From: Camelus ferus
Lineage: Eukaryota
NCBI RefSeq assembly: GCF_009834535.1
Contig: NC_045697.1
Span: 2,730,001 to 2,794,000 of the forward strand
Length of the DNA: 64,000 bases
Direction of reading: 5' to 3'
Below are positions 61,790 to 64,000 of this stretch, piece after piece (the stretch's first letter is position 1; the number at the start of each line of letters is the position of its first letter). Made by a program: the position numbers and the translations under genes. Under the pieces are notes generated by a model. The model was given only the letters and a program-made list of their open reading frames with translations. It did not search any database and had not been told where the DNA came from.

Positions 61790-61855
<66 letters not shown>

Positions 61856-63210
61856 CTTGTTAAACGCGCGCTCTTGGGTAGAATGGTGTCTTGCAATGTC
61901 CTGATTTCCGGTGTCTTCTGTCCCAGTTGGGTTTGGTTTTGGCTTCTGTGGGTTCTGCCACCTTCTGAGCCGTCCTGGGCTTTTATCTGACTGGCTTTCA
62001 GGAGCGAGAGATCGACCCAGGGGCCAGTTTAACCGGAAGCGCTGTCTCTCCTCACAGGTTTGCCCTGTTCCACAAGGTGAGAATTCCTCGCCAGGACCTG
62101 CTGAACCGCACGGGCGACGTCACCCCTGAGGGCGCCTACGTCTCCTCCTTTAAGGTAGTGGTGCTTCCAGGCAGGGCAGTTTGTGGGTGACGAAGCCGTC
62201 CCCACCACGCCCACCAGACCCCAGGCCCCCTGTGCTCAGAGAAGGGGACGGGCCACGGGAGCCGCTGGCGGCCCTTGCGAGCCTGTCCAGATGCAGGTGC
62301 AGATCGGGGTCGGCCGCCCCCAGGGCCCCAGGCACAGTGACAATCCCTCACACGCCTCCGCCAGCCCCCCAGGGTCACGGTTAGGGAGGCTGCCCCCACC
62401 AGTGCTGTTTCCCACCGGGGGCTTTGAGGTGAAGGGTCGCCTGCTGGGCCGTGCACAGCCACAGTGACAAACAGCAGTCTCTGGTGTCTGGGGCTGACCG
62501 CACCCCGGCGTGCAGTAAGCATGTTGAGATTTATAACACATTAAAAATAGGTGCACCTGGGCAATTACCCATTTTAAAAGACCACAGAGAACAGCAGATG
62601 GTTATCACACCCCTTAGAGTGGTTGTTTGAGGGGAGAGAGGAGTTCCAGGGGGGTGGGGAACGGAGCCCATTTCATAAACAAACGTGGGTGCAGCTGGGC
62701 ACTCTGTCCCTGGTCCCCGCCTTGCCTGCAGCCTGAGCTGTGTCTGGTTCTCGGTGGGGTCAAAGAGCAGGGCTTCAGGACCCCCAGGTGGCAGCCTGCA
62801 GGTCCCCATGCCACTGTGTGTCCCCCGTGCCACCCACACCATCCCAGAACAGTTCACAGGACACCAGCCCTCCTTGCGGCTCGGCCCGCCTGGGCCTGGG
62901 GGTCTGTGTCTGGGTGCCCAGTGCGGGGCCGGCAGTATTGAACCAGTAAAGGAGTGCTCCCCCCGTCCCCGTGCCTGTCCCCCAGGCGACCGTCGATGAT
63001 CCAACATTAATCTGCATTCCCCCGCAGGACGTCAGGCAGCGCTTCGGAGCATCTCTGGGCAGCCTGTCCGCAGGCCGGGTCTCCATTGTGGGTATGGCCG
63101 TCACCAACTTAAAGCTGGCCGTGTCCATAGCACTGCGGTTCTCAGCCACCAGGCGCCAGTTTGGACCGACAGGCGAGGAGGAGGTACCGGTGCTGGAGTA
63201 TCAGATGCAG
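51068..63210 (+). CDS. ACOX3: ACOX3, peroxisomal acyl-CoA (pristanoyl-CoA) oxidase 3; first 8 coding exons (352 codons), 3'-incomplete in window
   Basis: Spliced exons give a continuous frame with acyl-CoA oxidase motifs [28 protein letters not shown] and RRQFG. Matches recalled human ACOX3. Confidence 0.96.
51430..51960 (-). mobile_element. Probable ERV solo LTR
   Basis: TG start, aaagaattc motif and antisense tttatt resembling the LTR at 44884; boundaries uncertain. Confidence 0.45.
52117..52350 (+). CDS. ACOX3: ACOX3 coding exon 2 ([13 protein letters not shown]...KFFLHLL)
   Basis: tcccag| acceptor, |gtgagt donor, 234 nt. Confidence 0.95.
52712..52880 (+). mobile_element. tRNA-Ala-derived SINE, long-tail form
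   Basis: Head plus taattacctccccc internal tail plus poly(A). Confidence 0.85.
53312..53386 (+). CDS. ACOX3: ACOX3 coding exon 3 ([25 protein letters not shown])
   Basis: tttccag| acceptor, |gtaagc donor, 75 nt. Confidence 0.95.
53610..53713 (-). mobile_element. tRNA-Ala-derived SINE
   Basis: T-run followed by the antisense head. Confidence 0.82.
53740..53915 (-). mobile_element. Short L1 3' terminal fragment
   Basis: tttttattgaagtatgatcagtttacaatattg, same terminus type as 55950-56430. Confidence 0.7.
54200..54289 (+). CDS. ACOX3: ACOX3 coding exon 4 ([30 protein letters not shown])
   Basis: gttag| acceptor, |gtaggt donor, 90 nt; FAD-binding motif. Confidence 0.96.
54873..55016 (+). CDS. 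ACOX3: ACOX3 coding exon 5 ([20 protein letters not shown]...LHPFVVQ)
   Basis: tgtgcag| acceptor, |gtaggg donor, 144 nt. Confidence 0.96.
55040..55204. mobile_element. MER20-like hAT DNA transposon remnant
   Basis: tctggagacatttt...aattatcagccccaaatgtca...gttgagaacc. Family from recall. Confidence 0.6.
55640..56880 (-). mobile_element. Old L1 3' end with a younger L1 3' end (55935-56425) inserted
   Basis: The younger part is the reverse complement of the L1 3'UTR type seen at 1080-1700. Confidence 0.75.
56878..56970 (-). mobile_element. tRNA-Ala-derived SINE
   Basis: Antisense head gactgaacccaggacctcgcgcatgctaagcacgcgctctacc. Confidence 0.82.
57175..57585. mobile_element. MaLR (MLT1-like) LTR
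   Basis: aacaacaga...tctcacag...gctctccctggaggctccagggg...aggacactggtc motifs. Confidence 0.65.
57687..57775 (+). CDS. ACOX3: ACOX3 coding exon 6 ([30 protein letters not shown])
   Basis: gtacag| acceptor, |gtgagt donor, 89 nt. Confidence 0.95.
61789..61852. repeat. (AC)n microsatellite with one interruption
   Basis: About 32 AC units, with a T at 61817. Confidence 0.98.
62058..62154 (+). CDS. ACOX3: ACOX3 coding exon 7 ([32 protein letters not shown])
   Basis: ctcacag| acceptor, |gtagtg donor, 97 nt. Confidence 0.95.
63028..63210 (+). CDS. ACOX3: ACOX3 coding exon 8 ([11 protein letters not shown]...PVLEYQMQ)
   Basis: cccgcag| acceptor, |gtgtgg donor, 183 nt. Confidence 0.95.
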
Positions 63211-64000
63211 GTGTGGGTTTCACAAGTGTGGCTTCCCTTTCCTTCTGTCCTGCAAGCAGAGACCTGCTCCTGTGGGAGCTGCAGCTCGGTTACCGGGAGC
63301 TGAGCTGACTCAGGCCGTTAGCAGGGTGAGCGCAGGCAGCTGCGGGGAAGGAGTGGAGCATCTGGGATGCCAGTGGTCTTCGTTCACGGTCTTCAGTTAA
63401 CAAGGGGTGTGTGCAGGCAGCCTCGGTCAGGGACCTGGGTTGGCGCCCGGCAAGAGATGGGCGTGCATGCTCTCCCCGCTTACGGGGAAGACCCTGCACA
63501 TCCAGGCCACGCTCCCACGCCCTCACCCCATCCCTGAGACGCAGCCCCAGGTCACAGCCGCCAAGGGTCCCGCCCAGTTCATGGTGACATCCTTAGCAGA
63601 GGGGACACTAGTCCTTTGATGGCAGAGCTGCAGCCCCGGCTGAGCATCACCCAGGTGCCTGGATGGGGTTGGGGATGCATTTTATCACAGTGATGCCTCT
63701 GCGTCCCCAGCCCTTCCACACACACCGCCCGCATACCTGGTCCTCACAGCAGGCTGTTTGGAGTGACCACCCCGATGACCCCTGTCAAGAATTAGCAGCT
63801 AAATCAGGCCCAGGTCTTGGGCCAAGGTGTATTCAAGTGAAACTTCAGGAACTTTAACTGAATCGCATTTGGTCCTTTTCACACTTCTTTTAATACAAGT
63901 AAGTAAGGAAAAGCCCTGGTTCATACCTGGGCGACACCCAGGACCCACCATCCCACTGACCCGTGGCCTTTGTGAGGTCACAGCGCACCTGACTGCTGGG

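Noticed and set aside
1..64000. CRISPR arrays, operons or prokaryotic defence systems
   Set aside because: The sequence is clearly mammalian (spliced genes, L1/SINE/LTR); no regularly spaced repeat-spacer array was seen.

Overview
Mammalian genomic DNA from a GC-rich region, probably a camelid, judged from abundant short tRNA-Ala-derived SINEs resembling vic-1. Two spliced genes sit head-to-head. TRMT44 (tRNA (uracil-O2'-)-methyltransferase) is complete on the minus strand: 11 coding exons, 41379->18284, 2205 nt, 734 aa, all GT-AG introns with consistent phase. ACOX3 (peroxisomal acyl-CoA oxidase 3) is present as its 5' half on the plus strand: 8 coding exons, 51068->63210, 352 codons, continuing beyond the window. 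The rest is intron or intergenic DNA with LINE-1, LTR, SINE, MIR/L2 and DNA-transposon remnants. The most unusual items are (1) a 146-bp near-perfect inverted repeat in apparently non-TE sequence (6640-6785 / 7034-7179); (2) a retroposed 28S rRNA 3' end with tail and 15-bp target-site duplication inside an old L1; (3) a second CpG-island promoter 3 kb from the TRMT44 promoter with the same CRE+GC-box layout; (4) nested insertions (four-tier L1/SINE; LTR in LTR); (5) an Asp->Asn change in the conserved GDIG motif of ACOX3. Most ORFs in the supplied track are GC-content artefacts. Gene and repeat-family names rest on recalled sequences, not database searches. I found no convincing new multi-gene system.
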